Source: Planctomycetota bacterium (GTDB lineage: Bacteria; Planctomycetota; MHYJ01; WSZJ01; JACPWG01). Taken from it: a DNA stretch of 64,000 bases. Under the pieces are notes generated by a model. The model made no database searches. It saw nothing but the letters and a program-made list of their open reading frames with translations, and had not been told where the DNA came from. The stretch's first letter is position 1, and each line of letters opens with the position of its first letter. The stretch spans positions 52,429 through 116,428 of the forward strand of contig JACPWG010000194.1 of assembly GCA_016197205.1 (NCBI GenBank), given 5' to 3'. The position numbers were made by a program, and so were the translations under genes. Of the stretch, positions 26,255 to 33,923 are shown one piece after another.

Positions 26255-26400
26255 GGCGCCCACGCAAGAACCACGTTACATTTTCGTGGATCGACCGATG
26301 CCTGGGGGCGCCGGCCTCCGGCCCGCGCAGCGCGGCCCAGAGGGCCGCGCCCCCAGGAGCCTCGAGGTCCGAGCCTGCGCAGTTATTTTTGCGCGGGCGC
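26255..26400. repeat. R1: 146-bp direct repeat immediately upstream of the gpI-like gene; partner of 22494-22640
   Basis: ggcgcccacgcaagaaccacgttacattttcgtggatcgaccgatgcctgggggcgccggcctccggcccgcgcagcgcggcccagagggccgcgcccccaggagcctcgaggtccgagcctgcgcagttatttttgcgcgggcgc. Confidence 0.65.
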
Positions 26401-26531
26401 TCGGTTGCTAGGGTATTCACCCTACGAACGTTCCTCTGCGTCTCCGCGCCTCCGTGTTTTCGTCTTTCGTCGCCCTTTCGGAGACCGTTCCCGCTTTGTT
26501 TTCCCCGCGCCCCACCCTCCTCCTCGCGTGC

Positions 26532-28451
26532 TCATCTCGCCACGACGGTCACTTCGTGGTCCCCGGACGTCACCAGGTCCGCCGCCGGGATCGCCACCTG
26601 CCCGTCCAGCGCGCACCGCTCGCCGTCGACGAGCACATGCGCCTCCAGCACGCGCCGCACCCCGGGGTGCCCCAGCAGCACCCGGTACGCCTCCGCGGGA
26701 TGCACGGCGCCGCCGAAGGGCCAGCCCTTCCCCTCCGGTCCGCCCCGCAGCGGGTGGAACCAGGTCGCGAGCGCCGCTTCGAGGTCCGCCTGGATGCGAC
26801 CCGGATCGGCGTCGGCGCGCGCCTCGACCTGCGCCCGCACCTGCGCCACGTGATACCCCGGCCCGACGACGTGCACCTCGGTCGTGATCAGCCGGTGCTC
26901 CTCCAGATGACGCTGCACGGCCTCGAGGGTCGCGCGCGACGGCTTCGGGCTTGACCCTCGCGCATCCGGTACGGCCACGACCGTCACGGCCCCGGGGAAC
27001 TCCACGCCCGGGTGTCGCGGATGCCGTAGCGGCAGTGCCCGCGCGCGCAGGATCCGAACCCCCGGTGTCCCGCGCGCGAGCTCCTCGAAATCCGCGGCAG
27101 TGACGGCGCGGTCCCCGGCCCGCAGGATCCCCGGCGCCCGCGCACGCAGCGCCTCCAACCCTTCCTCCTCCGCGCCGCCGTGCGCCGGGAAGAGGTTCGT
27201 GACGGTGTCCAGCCCCGGCACCGGGGTCGAAATGCGCGTGACCCGGCCCGCGGGCACGTTGCCGCGCGGCCCGCCGCCGTAACGGTACGACGCCGCGCGC
27301 ACGTTGTTCCTCCCCGTCGCGGGAATCCGGCCGTGCTTCCCGTCGCCGAAGCGGACCTCCCCCTTCAGCCGGTGGAGCGTGAAGTGGCGCTCCCCGCGTT
27401 GCGAGCCGCCGAGCGAGGACTTCTCCTCCCAGCGTTCCCAGCCGCGCCCCTCGTCCACGTCCAGGGAGAGGGTTCCGGCCAGGACCGGCGCGTGCTGGAG
27501 TCGGAAGCACTGCTCCGGCGTCCCGTCGCTCGAGCCGAGCACCTCCTCCCGGACCGTCACCGCCTGCGTCGCTTCGAGGGTGTTCGGCACGAGGCGCGCA
27601 ACCGAGGGCGCCGCGTCGTAGTCCGGCCGCACCACGCGCGCGCGGAACCAGTAAAGGTCGGCGGTTTCGATCCCCGCTTTTCCCCGCGCCAGTTCTCCGA
27701 CTTCCGCGAAAAGCAGGTTGCCGCCTCCGGTCAGGCCGCGCGAGTCGTCGCGCAGGACCCGCACCGAAGCCCAGGTCTTCCCGTCCCACGCCTCCCAGGC
27801 CAGGGCGTCGGCGAGGTGTCCCGGCCCCGGCGCGTGGCCGCAGGCGCCTTCCCCCGACGACTCCGCGCCGCCCGCCGGGAACACCGCGAGGCGGAGCGAG
27901 GCCCGGGGGAAGCGTCCCGGCGTTTCGAAGCCGAGGTAGAGCGCGCTCCCCTCCACCACGCGGGGCCCGAAGGGGAACCACGCCTCCAGCCCCAGGTCGT
28001 TCGCCGGCGTCTCGAGGACGTATTCCACCCCATCGAAGGACTGCACCGAACGCAGCGCGATGGGGAGCACCAGGAGTTCTTCGTCGGTTTCGAAGTAGAC
28101 GGGACCGTCGTCCCCCGGGCTCTCGACCTCGCACCGGGTTCCCGCCGGGACGGACAACGGCTCCTTGCGCTCCGCGCCCGCCCCGAACGTGAGCCACGCG
28201 CGCGCGGGCAGCGCCGGCCGCGGCTCGAGGCCCAGGAGCCGAAGCAGCTCGCGGTGACTGCGGTCCGGGACGCGATTGACCTGGTAGAGCAGCGCCTCGC
28301 CCATCCAGGCGAAGAGCGAGAGGAGCGTCATCCCGGGATCGCTCTCGCTGCGGTCCGTCCATTCCGGGGCGTAGCGCGGGATGAGGGCCACCATCTCCCG
28401 GAAGAGGTCGTCGTGCGTCCGTGGGTCGAGGCGCGGAACGTCGAAGGCCAT
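26532..28451 (-). CDS. Baseplate J-like protein (gp6/gpJ family, Afp11-like)
   Basis: ATG at 28451: MAFDVPRLDPRTHDDLFREMVALIPRYAPEWTDRSESDPGMTLLSLFAWMGEALLYQVNRVPDRSHRELLRLLG is a typical Baseplate_J N-terminus. The 238 codons upstream in the six-frame ORF are Arg-rich junk overlapping the gp25-like and spike-like genes. Confidence 0.8.
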   Translation of the reverse strand: MAFDVPRLDPRTHDDLFREMVALIPRYAPEWTDRSESDPGMTLLSLFAWMGEALLYQVNRVPDRSHRELLRLLGLEPRPALPARAWLTFGAGAERKEPLSVPAGTRCEVESPGDDGPVYFETDEELLVLPIALRSVQSFDGVEYVLETPANDLGLEAWFPFGPRVVEGSALYLGFETPGRFPRASLRLAVFPAGGAESSGEGACGHAPGPGHLADALAWEAWDGKTWASVRVLRDDSRGLTGGGNLLFAEVGELARGKAGIETADLYWFRARVVRPDYDAAPSVARLVPNTLEATQAVTVREEVLGSSDGTPEQCFRLQHAPVLAGTLSLDVDEGRGWERWEEKSSLGGSQRGERHFTLHRLKGEVRFGDGKHGRIPATGRNNVRAASYRYGGGPRGNVPAGRVTRISTPVPGLDTVTNLFPAHGGAEEEGLEALRARAPGILRAGDRAVTAADFEELARGTPGVRILRARALPLRHPRHPGVEFPGAVTVVAVPDARGSSPKPSRATLEAVQRHLEEHRLITTEVHVVGPGYHVAQVRAQVEARADADPGRIQADLEAALATWFHPLRGGPEGKGWPFGGAVHPAEAYRVLLGHPGVRRVLEAHVLVDGERCALDGQVAIPAADLVTSGDHEVTVVAR

Positions 28452-28486
28452 GGGCGTGCACTTCCTCTCGTGAGCTCCACACCGCG

Positions 28487-28921
28487 CTACAGCGGGTGCG
28501 GGTAAACCGTTTTTCCCGTCTCGCCGGTGGAACGGCTGCGATACTCCACTTCGAGCAGGACGCGCTTCTCGTCCTCCGGCGCGAACCGCGCGTGGACCGC
28601 AACCACGTCGATGCGCGGCTCGCACCGTTCCAGGGCCTCGCGGGCCAGATACTCCGCGGCGCCGAGGCTGCGCGAATAGCCGGGCGCCAGCCCGGCCTGG
28701 GCGAGTTTCGAGCCGAAGCTCGGGCTCATCAAGCTCTCCCCGCGCGCGGTCCCGAGGACGATCCAGATCGACTCCTCGAGCCGCCGCGTCTCGCCGGAGA
28801 GCGCGATGCCGCCTCCCGCCGTCGGACGAACGGGAAAGGCCCAGCCCCGCGGGGAACGGCCGCCATCGACGATCATGCGAGGCCTCGGAATGCGAGGAGC
28901 CACGAACCGCGCCGGTGCCAT
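28487..28921 (-). CDS. GPW/gp25-family baseplate wedge protein (Afp9-like)
   Basis: LEESIWIVLGTARGESLMSPSFGSKLAQAGL...AAEYLAREALERCEPRIDVVAV is the gp25 lysozyme-like signature (I..SI..IL.T..GER...P.FG..L). ATG at 28921 preferred; alternatives are GTG 28960 or ATG 28876. Confidence 0.8.
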   Translation of the reverse strand: MAPARFVAPRIPRPRMIVDGGRSPRGWAFPVRPTAGGGIALSGETRRLEESIWIVLGTARGESLMSPSFGSKLAQAGLAPGYSRSLGAAEYLAREALERCEPRIDVVAVHARFAPEDEKRVLLEVEYRSRSTGETGKTVYPHPL

Positions 28922-28969
28922 CCGCGGCGTTCGCCGCTCCAGCCGGCGGAACGAAAGCACGAAACGGCT

Positions 28970-29830
28970 CTACGGGGTCTCCACCCGCAGACCGCGCAGC
29001 CGGACCCGGTAGCCGTCGCGGCCGAACCGATGGACGGTCGAAGTCAAGCGGTACAGCCCGTCCTCCGGACCGCCCGCACGAAGCTCCGCGAGCCGTCCGG
29101 CGCGCAGCCTGGCGTCGCCGGGAGCCACGCACTCGAGCTCGTCGGCCCCGCCGCCGGACGTCCACTTGAGCTGGGCCAACCCCTCGTCCGCGCCGAGTAC
29201 GGGGCGCGCCGAGACCGGTTGCGGGAGGGGCTCCACGACCAGCGTGCGGTCCGCGAGCGCGACGTCGAACCCCAGGCCGCGCGCCACGCGCCGCAAAAAG
29301 GGTGCATCCGGCTCGCCGCGCTGCGCGAGAGGTGCGGAGAACGGCGGCCCGTCGCTTGCCCTCACGGCCAGGCCGAGGGAGCCGGCAACCGCTCGGGCCA
29401 ATTCCCCGAGGCAGCGCGCTTCGTGCTGCAGCGTCCGGGCCGGTCCCGCGATGGCGACGAGGCGGTCCGCGCCGCGGACCCGAAGGACCCGGTCGCCGAC
29501 CGGTCCGCGTTCGGTCTCCAGCGCGGAGACTTCGCCGTCGAGCACGCGCTCGGTCGCGCCCCGCCGCCCGAACCGCAGTTCCGCGGCGCTGCCGGGCCGC
29601 GCGCGCAGGTCCTCCGGCGCGACTTCGCCCGCGGCGGCGTTGGCCGTCCAGGTGACCTCGAACACGTCGAGCCCGCCCAGGCCGTCACGGAAGGCCACGG
29701 TGGCCAGGGCCGCCCCCGCACCGCGCGTGGCGTCGCCCGAGCCGGCGCGCCGACGTCCGTCCAGGAGCAGTGCCCACTCCCCGGCCACGAAGAGCGCGGC
29801 GGCAGGGAGGACCGACGCCCGCGCGGTCAC
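28970..29830 (-). CDS. Baseplate hub/spike-like protein (gpD/gp27/VgrG-position protein, 286 aa); family assignment is tentative
   Basis: Sits between the LysM tube initiator and the gp25-like gene, the position of Afp8/VgrG. The GTG start at 29830 overlaps the TGA of the LysM gene (GTGA coupling). Too short for a full VgrG; no beta-helix spike repeats were seen. Confidence 0.4.
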   Translation of the reverse strand: MTARASVLPAAALFVAGEWALLLDGRRRAGSGDATRGAGAALATVAFRDGLGGLDVFEVTWTANAAAGEVAPEDLRARPGSAAELRFGRRGATERVLDGEVSALETERGPVGDRVLRVRGADRLVAIAGPARTLQHEARCLGELARAVAGSLGLAVRASDGPPFSAPLAQRGEPDAPFLRRVARGLGFDVALADRTLVVEPLPQPVSARPVLGADEGLAQLKWTSGGGADELECVAPGDARLRAGRLAELRAGGPEDGLYRLTSTVHRFGRDGYRVRLRGLRVETP

Positions 29831-30423
29831 GAGAACTCTCCGGGAGGGGGGAGGTCGAGGACGTCCCCCGGCCGGAGCGCAAGCGGGTCCTCGATGCCGT
29901 TGTGCGCGGCCAGCTCGGGCCAGCGCCGGGGGTCGCGGTACGCCTCGGCGGCGATGCGCGGCAGCGTCTCACCGTCCTTCACCACGTGTCGGCGGCTCCA
30001 GGACCGGCGCTCTTCGAGCGACCCCGGCCGGGCCGACCGGCCGCGCAGCGACAGCCGTACCGTGGCGCGCCGCGGCGTCCCGTCCGCGTCGAAGAGGAGG
30101 ATGCGGGCCGACGAGAGCTCCACGCGTCCGACGAACTCGAGATCGGGTCCCCACGTGAAGCGGCAGAGGGGGCTCCGCCCGTCCGGACCGGCGCCGAGCC
30201 CGGCATGGAAGCGGTCCAGGTCCTCCCGGACGCTCCCCGCGCGCGTCGTGCGGTCAAAAAAAAGTTCGACGACCAGCCGCTCGTTCGCCCGCTCGGACGC
30301 GTGCGGCGCGCGGCGCTCCAGCAGCAGCTCGGGCGGATTGAATTGGACTTCGACCGGGAGGTCGCCGGTATCCAGGTTGGCGAGCGCGGCCTTGGCCAGA
30401 GAGCTCAAACGGGCTCCCTCCAT
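29827..30423 (-). CDS. Tail tube initiator with a C-terminal LysM domain (Afp7/gp53-like)
   Basis: ATG at 30423 (MEGARLSSLAKAALANLDTGDLPVEVQFNPPELLLERR...RLVVELFFD). C-terminal LysM: HVVKDGETLPRIAAEAYRDPRRWPELAAHNGIEDPLALRPGDVLDLP. Confidence 0.7.
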   Translation of the reverse strand: MEGARLSSLAKAALANLDTGDLPVEVQFNPPELLLERRAPHASERANERLVVELFFDRTTRAGSVREDLDRFHAGLGAGPDGRSPLCRFTWGPDLEFVGRVELSSARILLFDADGTPRRATVRLSLRGRSARPGSLEERRSWSRRHVVKDGETLPRIAAEAYRDPRRWPELAAHNGIEDPLALRPGDVLDLPPPGEFS

Positions 30424-30581
30424 GGGTGGGCCGCGCGGTCGAGCCTGCGCTCGAGCGCCTCCTCGTCGGCGGCTTCCAGGAGCGCCGCGCGGACGGCCGC
30501 CTCGACCGCTTCCGCGTCGAGTCCCGCAGGGGTTCCGCCCACGCGCACGCGACTCACAAGTTCCTGCACGATGAGGGGCAT
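30405..30581 (-). CDS. Small (~58 aa) hypothetical protein between tube 2 and the LysM initiator (Afp6-position)
   Basis: MPLIVQELVSRVRVGGTPAGLDAEAVEAAVRAALLEAADEEALERRLDRAAHPWREPV. Overlaps the LysM gene start by 19 nt. Support is weak, with only position and protein-like composition. Confidence 0.25.
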   Translation of the reverse strand: MPLIVQELVSRVRVGGTPAGLDAEAVEAAVRAALLEAADEEALERRLDRAAHPWREPV

Positions 30582-30788
30582 TCGATCCCTTCTCCGTTCG
30601 CGACGATCCAGGGCTTCCCCCGGAACCCATGCGCGGTCAACCCGCGTACACCGGGAGAGACGCCCTCCGGCGCCCCCCTGGCGCGGGAGGGCCGGGCCTT
30701 CGCCCACCGAAGCGGGCTGCGGCCCGCGGAGGCGGCGTGAGGGCGGCGGCACCCGGCTTCGACCTGGGTTGCGGCTCCCCCGTCTTGG

Positions 30789-31052
30789 GGCCCGTGAAGA
30801 AACAACTCACGCAGCTCGGAAACCGGGGAGTTCCTCAGGAAATGGCTCAAGGCCCAATGATCAATTTTCAGGCAAGGCTCAACGTTCAAAGCTCAGAGTC
30901 CGCGATTTCGTGCCCGGGCTACGTTCCGTGGTGGTCATTGAGAATTGAACCTTTGAGCCTTGTCTGAGTCTTGAAAATTGACCATTGAGAATTCTTGTCG
31001 CCTCCCTGCGCGTCAAACGAGCAAGTCATTCTCTTTTTTTGCGGGCCCTTAC
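30789..31052 (-). mobile_element. MITE copy 2 (inverted orientation), inserted directly after tube gene 2; its terminal repeat overlaps the tube-2 stop codon
   Basis: The reverse complement aligns to copy 1 across the internal hairpin (ctcaatggtcaattttcaagactcagacaaggctcaaaggttcaattctcaatgaccacc...). The terminal gcgggcccTTAcgcc includes the TAA of 31049-31051. Confidence 0.6.
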
Positions 31053-31555
31053 GCCTTCGCTTCCACCGGAATCGACTCCAGTCCCGAGTGGGCCAGCTCC
31101 AGCCGCTCCATGGCCACGCGCTCGCCCAGGGCGTCCAGGTGCGGTCCGGCCCACCGGACCGGCACGGCGTCGCGAAACGCCCACGCGCGCACCGGCTCGC
31201 CCGCGCCGTCCAGGATGCAGACCACGCCGTCGCGTGAAACGCCCGCGCCGCGGCGGAAGGCCTCCACCCAGTCCCACAGCGCGGTCGACCCGTCGAGCCC
31301 CCGCCGGAGCAGGAGCTTGCCGGGCGCGGGGGGGCCGGGGAACCGGTGGACCCGGTCGTTGACGCCCCCCTCGCGGTATTCGAAGAATTCCAGGGCGACC
31401 TCGAGCCCCGAGCACTCGGCGAAGCCGAGGCTCCCCGCGAGGTCGGCGGCGCGGAGTCCCCGCGTCGACAGGTCGCGCAGCCGGTCCGCGCCGGGGAAGA
31501 CGACCCCGAATCGGAACGCGGGATGCGGTTCGCTGTGGTGCCTACCTGAGGTCAT
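31049..31555 (-). CDS. Contractile-tail tube protein, T4 gp19 family (tube paralog 2, Afp5-like)
   Basis: FRFGVVF...GFAECSGLEVALEFFEYREGGVNDRVHRFPGPPAPGKLLLRRGL...LWDW...RDGVVCILDGAGEPVRAWAFRDAVPVRWAGPHLDALGERVAMERLELAHSGLE matches the consensus F.VEIDG...EYREGG...PG...NI.LKRG...LW.W...NG.I.L.D...W.F..AWP.KW.GP.L.A..NEVAIE.LEL.HEG. Confidence 0.85.
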   Translation of the reverse strand: MTSGRHHSEPHPAFRFGVVFPGADRLRDLSTRGLRAADLAGSLGFAECSGLEVALEFFEYREGGVNDRVHRFPGPPAPGKLLLRRGLDGSTALWDWVEAFRRGAGVSRDGVVCILDGAGEPVRAWAFRDAVPVRWAGPHLDALGERVAMERLELAHSGLESIPVEAKA

Positions 31556-31561
31556 CGGCCG

Positions 31562-32044
31562 TTACACCAGCTTCAGGCCTTCGTGGACGATCTCCAGCGA
31601 CTCGATTGCGACTTCGCTCGCGCGCGCGTTCAGCGTCGGCCCTTCCCAGCGGCTCGGCCAGCCCTCCGAGAACTCCCAGCGGAGCGCGGGCTTCCTGCTC
31701 TCGTCGAGGAGGACGATGGCGCCGTTGCGCCGCTCGACCGCGCCGTCCAGCGCCTTCTTCCGCCATTCCCAGAGACCCCGGTCCTGGCTCAGGCCGCGCT
31801 TGAGGACGATGTTGCCGAACCGCCGGAGGCCGGCCAATTTTCGGGGGCTCGCCCCCGGGTCCGTGCCTTCGCGGTATTCCATGACCGTCGTGTCGCTCGT
31901 CAGGCCCGCGCATTCGGTGAAGCCCGCGCGCGTGACGCCATCGATTTCCACGATGAAGTTGAAGCTGCCGTACGGCGCTCCAGCGTGGGCGGGACCTCCC
32001 AGCCCCTGGAGGCTTCCATCCTCACCGGACGCACCTGGTAGCAG
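31562..32044 (-). CDS. Contractile-tail tube protein, T4 gp19 family (tube paralog 1, Afp1-like); start codon unresolved
   Basis: GSFNFIVEIDGVTRAGFTECAGLTSDTTVMEYREGTDPGASPRKLAGLRRFGNIVLKRGLSQDRGLWEWRKKALDGAVERRNGAIVLLDESRKPALRWEFSEGWPSRWEGPTLNARASEVAIESLEIVHEGLKLV. No ATG/GTG/TTG is in frame between the DUF4255 stop (31900) and GSFNF (31969). A CTG at ~32044 or an overlap with the DUF4255 gene is possible. Confidence 0.8.
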   Translation of the reverse strand: MLPGASGEDGSLQGLGGPAHAGAPYGSFNFIVEIDGVTRAGFTECAGLTSDTTVMEYREGTDPGASPRKLAGLRRFGNIVLKRGLSQDRGLWEWRKKALDGAVERRNGAIVLLDESRKPALRWEFSEGWPSRWEGPTLNARASEVAIESLEIVHEGLKLV

Positions 32045-32520
32045 GCCGAGAGCCGCATCGGTTTGGCCAGCGCCTCCCAGATCCGCACGAGCTCGCCCGT
32101 CCCGGGGGACTCCAAGAGCACCCGGAACCGCTCGGCGGATCGCTCCAGCCCGCCGCGAAGGGCAGGCCCCTCGAGCACGGGATGGTCGTGGAAGAGCTGC
32201 AACACTTCTCCGAGGATCCGGTGCTCCACGCCCCGCTCCCGCGCATAGGCGGTAAGCAGGTAGTGGAGCGTGACCGACAGCGGCGTCGCTCCGGGTTCGC
32301 GCCCGGGAAAGTCCGACGCGCCGGCGTTCTTGAGGTAGGGATCCTCGGAGATCCGGTACAGAAACAGGGAGATCTGCGGGATGTTCGTGACCTGCATGTC
32401 CTCCGGCGACTCGATCCGAATTTGATCGATCGACCGGAACTGCCGGTCCTGGTGGAAGTGCTCCCACAGGACCTGCACCAGGGACTCGCTCACATCCCCG
32501 ATCACGCTGGACGTGGCCAT
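31900..32520 (-). CDS. DUF4255-family protein (tail terminator/cap-like, Afp16-like)
   Basis: ATG at 32520 with a GGGAGGG Shine-Dalgarno 6 nt upstream. MATSSVIGDVSESLVQVLWEHFHQDRQF...IRIESPEDMQVTNIPQISLFLYRISEDPYLKN resembles DUF4255 N-termini. Its 3' end overlaps the tube-1 N-terminal region in another frame. Confidence 0.65.
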   Translation of the reverse strand: MATSSVIGDVSESLVQVLWEHFHQDRQFRSIDQIRIESPEDMQVTNIPQISLFLYRISEDPYLKNAGASDFPGREPGATPLSVTLHYLLTAYARERGVEHRILGEVLQLFHDHPVLEGPALRGGLERSAERFRVLLESPGTGELVRIWEALAKPMRLSACYQVRPVRMEASRGWEVPPTLERRTAASTSSWKSMASRARASPNARA

Positions 32521-32553
32521 CGGCCCTCCCGCGCCTGGGTTGGAATCCGGCGC

Positions 32554-32581
32554 ATTATACGTCACGGCCCTCGAAATTCAA
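32554..32581 (-). promoter_or_regulatory. Canonical sigma70 promoter (TTGAAT-16 nt-TATAAT) ~35 nt upstream of the DUF4255 start codon
   Basis: Minus strand reads ctcgtagttcTTGAATttcgagggccgtgacgTATAATgcgccggattccaacccaggcgcGGGAGGGccgATG. Confidence 0.5.
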
Positions 32582-32792
32582 GAACTACGAGCAGAGGACC
32601 CCGCGCCGCGAGGTCGCTTCTGGCGCCGTGGCAGGATGCACAGGCTGTGAGGCCGTGTCCAGCGCGTCCGCTCGACCGGAAATCCTCTGCGTCTCCGCGC
32701 CTCTGTGTTTTCGTCCCCCTGTCGAGCCACCCCGGCCCTGCCGCCCCCGCCCAGGTCCTCGTTTCCGCTCCCGACCTCGGCCCCGCGGCGTC

Positions 32793-33923
32793 TCAAATGC
32801 CGTACAGCGCGGTCGCATTCCCCGCCACCAACCGCGCGAGCTGCGTGAGCGAGAGATTGAGCTGCTGCATGTTGTTGAAATACACCCGGTAGTCGTGCCG
32901 CCGATCGTCCTCCGGCGTGATGCCGATCGGCGCGTCCGACTCGAAGAGCATCCGCTCCACCCCGAGCTGCGTGATCGCCCGCTCCACCCAGTTGAACTCC
33001 GCCCAGCTCATCCCGAGATACAGGTTCGGCGCCTGCTTCGCCACCCGCACCGCGTCCTCGTGCCCGTGCCGCCCCCACGAGATGTGCATCCCCATGTGCA
33101 CCATGTGGATCTTCGCGCGCGGGAATTTCAGCGCCAGTTTGAGGATCATCTTCGGATGGGCGTACGAATCGGCCGCCGTGTGGAACTGCAGCGGCACGTT
33201 GCGCTCGATCGCCAGGTCCATGAACTTGTGCATCGGCGGCTCGTCCACGCGAAAACGGTCCGCGCTCGGGTGGAACTTGATCCCCAGGAACCCCGCGTCG
33301 AGCGCGCCGGCCACGCGCTTCACGTCCTCCTCCGCCGGCGGCGCGCAGAAGTATACGCCCCGCAGGTTCCCGTTCTCGCGGATCACCTCCGGGTCGGGCG
33401 TGCACGCCAGCGCGCGGTCCACGAAGTAGGTCTCCATCCGTGCCTGCACCGGCAGCAGGTACTTCGCGGTGTGGGCGTGCACGTGCGCGTCCACCACCTC
33501 CGGGACGCGGAAGAGGTCGATGTAGAATTTCCATTTCCGGCCGAGGTTGTCGTCCCACTCGCGGCGCGAGCTGCGGAAGGCGAAGAGCAGGTTGTGCGAG
33601 TCCCCGGGCGCCGGCACCGGGACGTGCGCCTCCCAGTACTCGTCGGGCCGCCGGCTCATCTCGATCTCCGGCTCCGTCTCCCGCAGATCCTCCGCGCCCG
33701 TCCGGTTATACGCGTAGTTGAGGTACAGCCGCTCCGCGGAGGCCAGCTTGCCTCGGTAAAAGATCGTAAGCACGTTCTCCGCGATGCGCGAGCGGTCCAC
33801 GTCCACCGGGACGCGTCGAGGCAGGAAGGCCGGTCCCGGGGCGGCCGCCGGCCCCTCGCCCGCCCTGGTCGCTTCCAGCACCGCCGCCGGCGCCCGCGTC
33901 CGGCTCGTGTCGGTCTCGCTCAT
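32793..33923 (-). CDS. Amidohydrolase-2 family metal-dependent hydrolase (TIM barrel) with an extra ~120-aa N-terminal domain
   Basis: The ATG at 33923 overlaps the DUF2851 stop (ATGA). ...VVDAHVHAHTAKYLLP...LGIKFHPSADRF...LQFHTAADSY...ESDAPIG has the HxH...H...D motif pattern of Amidohydro_2. Confidence 0.7.
   Translation of the reverse strand: MSETDTSRTRAPAAVLEATRAGEGPAAAPGPAFLPRRVPVDVDRSRIAENVLTIFYRGKLASAERLYLNYAYNRTGAEDLRETEPEIEMSRRPDEYWEAHVPVPAPGDSHNLLFAFRSSRREWDDNLGRKWKFYIDLFRVPEVVDAHVHAHTAKYLLPVQARMETYFVDRALACTPDPEVIRENGNLRGVYFCAPPAEEDVKRVAGALDAGFLGIKFHPSADRFRVDEPPMHKFMDLAIERNVPLQFHTAADSYAHPKMILKLALKFPRAKIHMVHMGMHISWGRHGHEDAVRVAKQAPNLYLGMSWAEFNWVERAITQLGVERMLFESDAPIGITPEDDRRHDYRVYFNNMQQLNLSLTQLARLVAGNATALYGI

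Noticed and set aside
22640-26263. Single 1207-aa minus-strand ORF
   Set aside because: Its first ~400 codons are Gly/Arg/Pro-rich and overlap, out of frame, the well-formed gpI-like gene (25054-26217). A GTG overlapping that gene's TGA (ctGTGAcgg at 25057) begins the real ~806-aa protein.
26532-29165. 877-aa ORF extending the Baseplate_J gene upstream
   Set aside because: The first 238 codons are Arg-rich junk that overlaps the gp25-like and spike-like genes. The canonical Baseplate_J N-terminus MAFDVPRLDP starts at 28451.
30978-32255. 425-aa plus-strand ORF across the MITE and tube genes
   Set aside because: Ser/Pro/Arg-rich, and it starts inside the MITE. The opposite strand encodes two textbook gp19 tube proteins.
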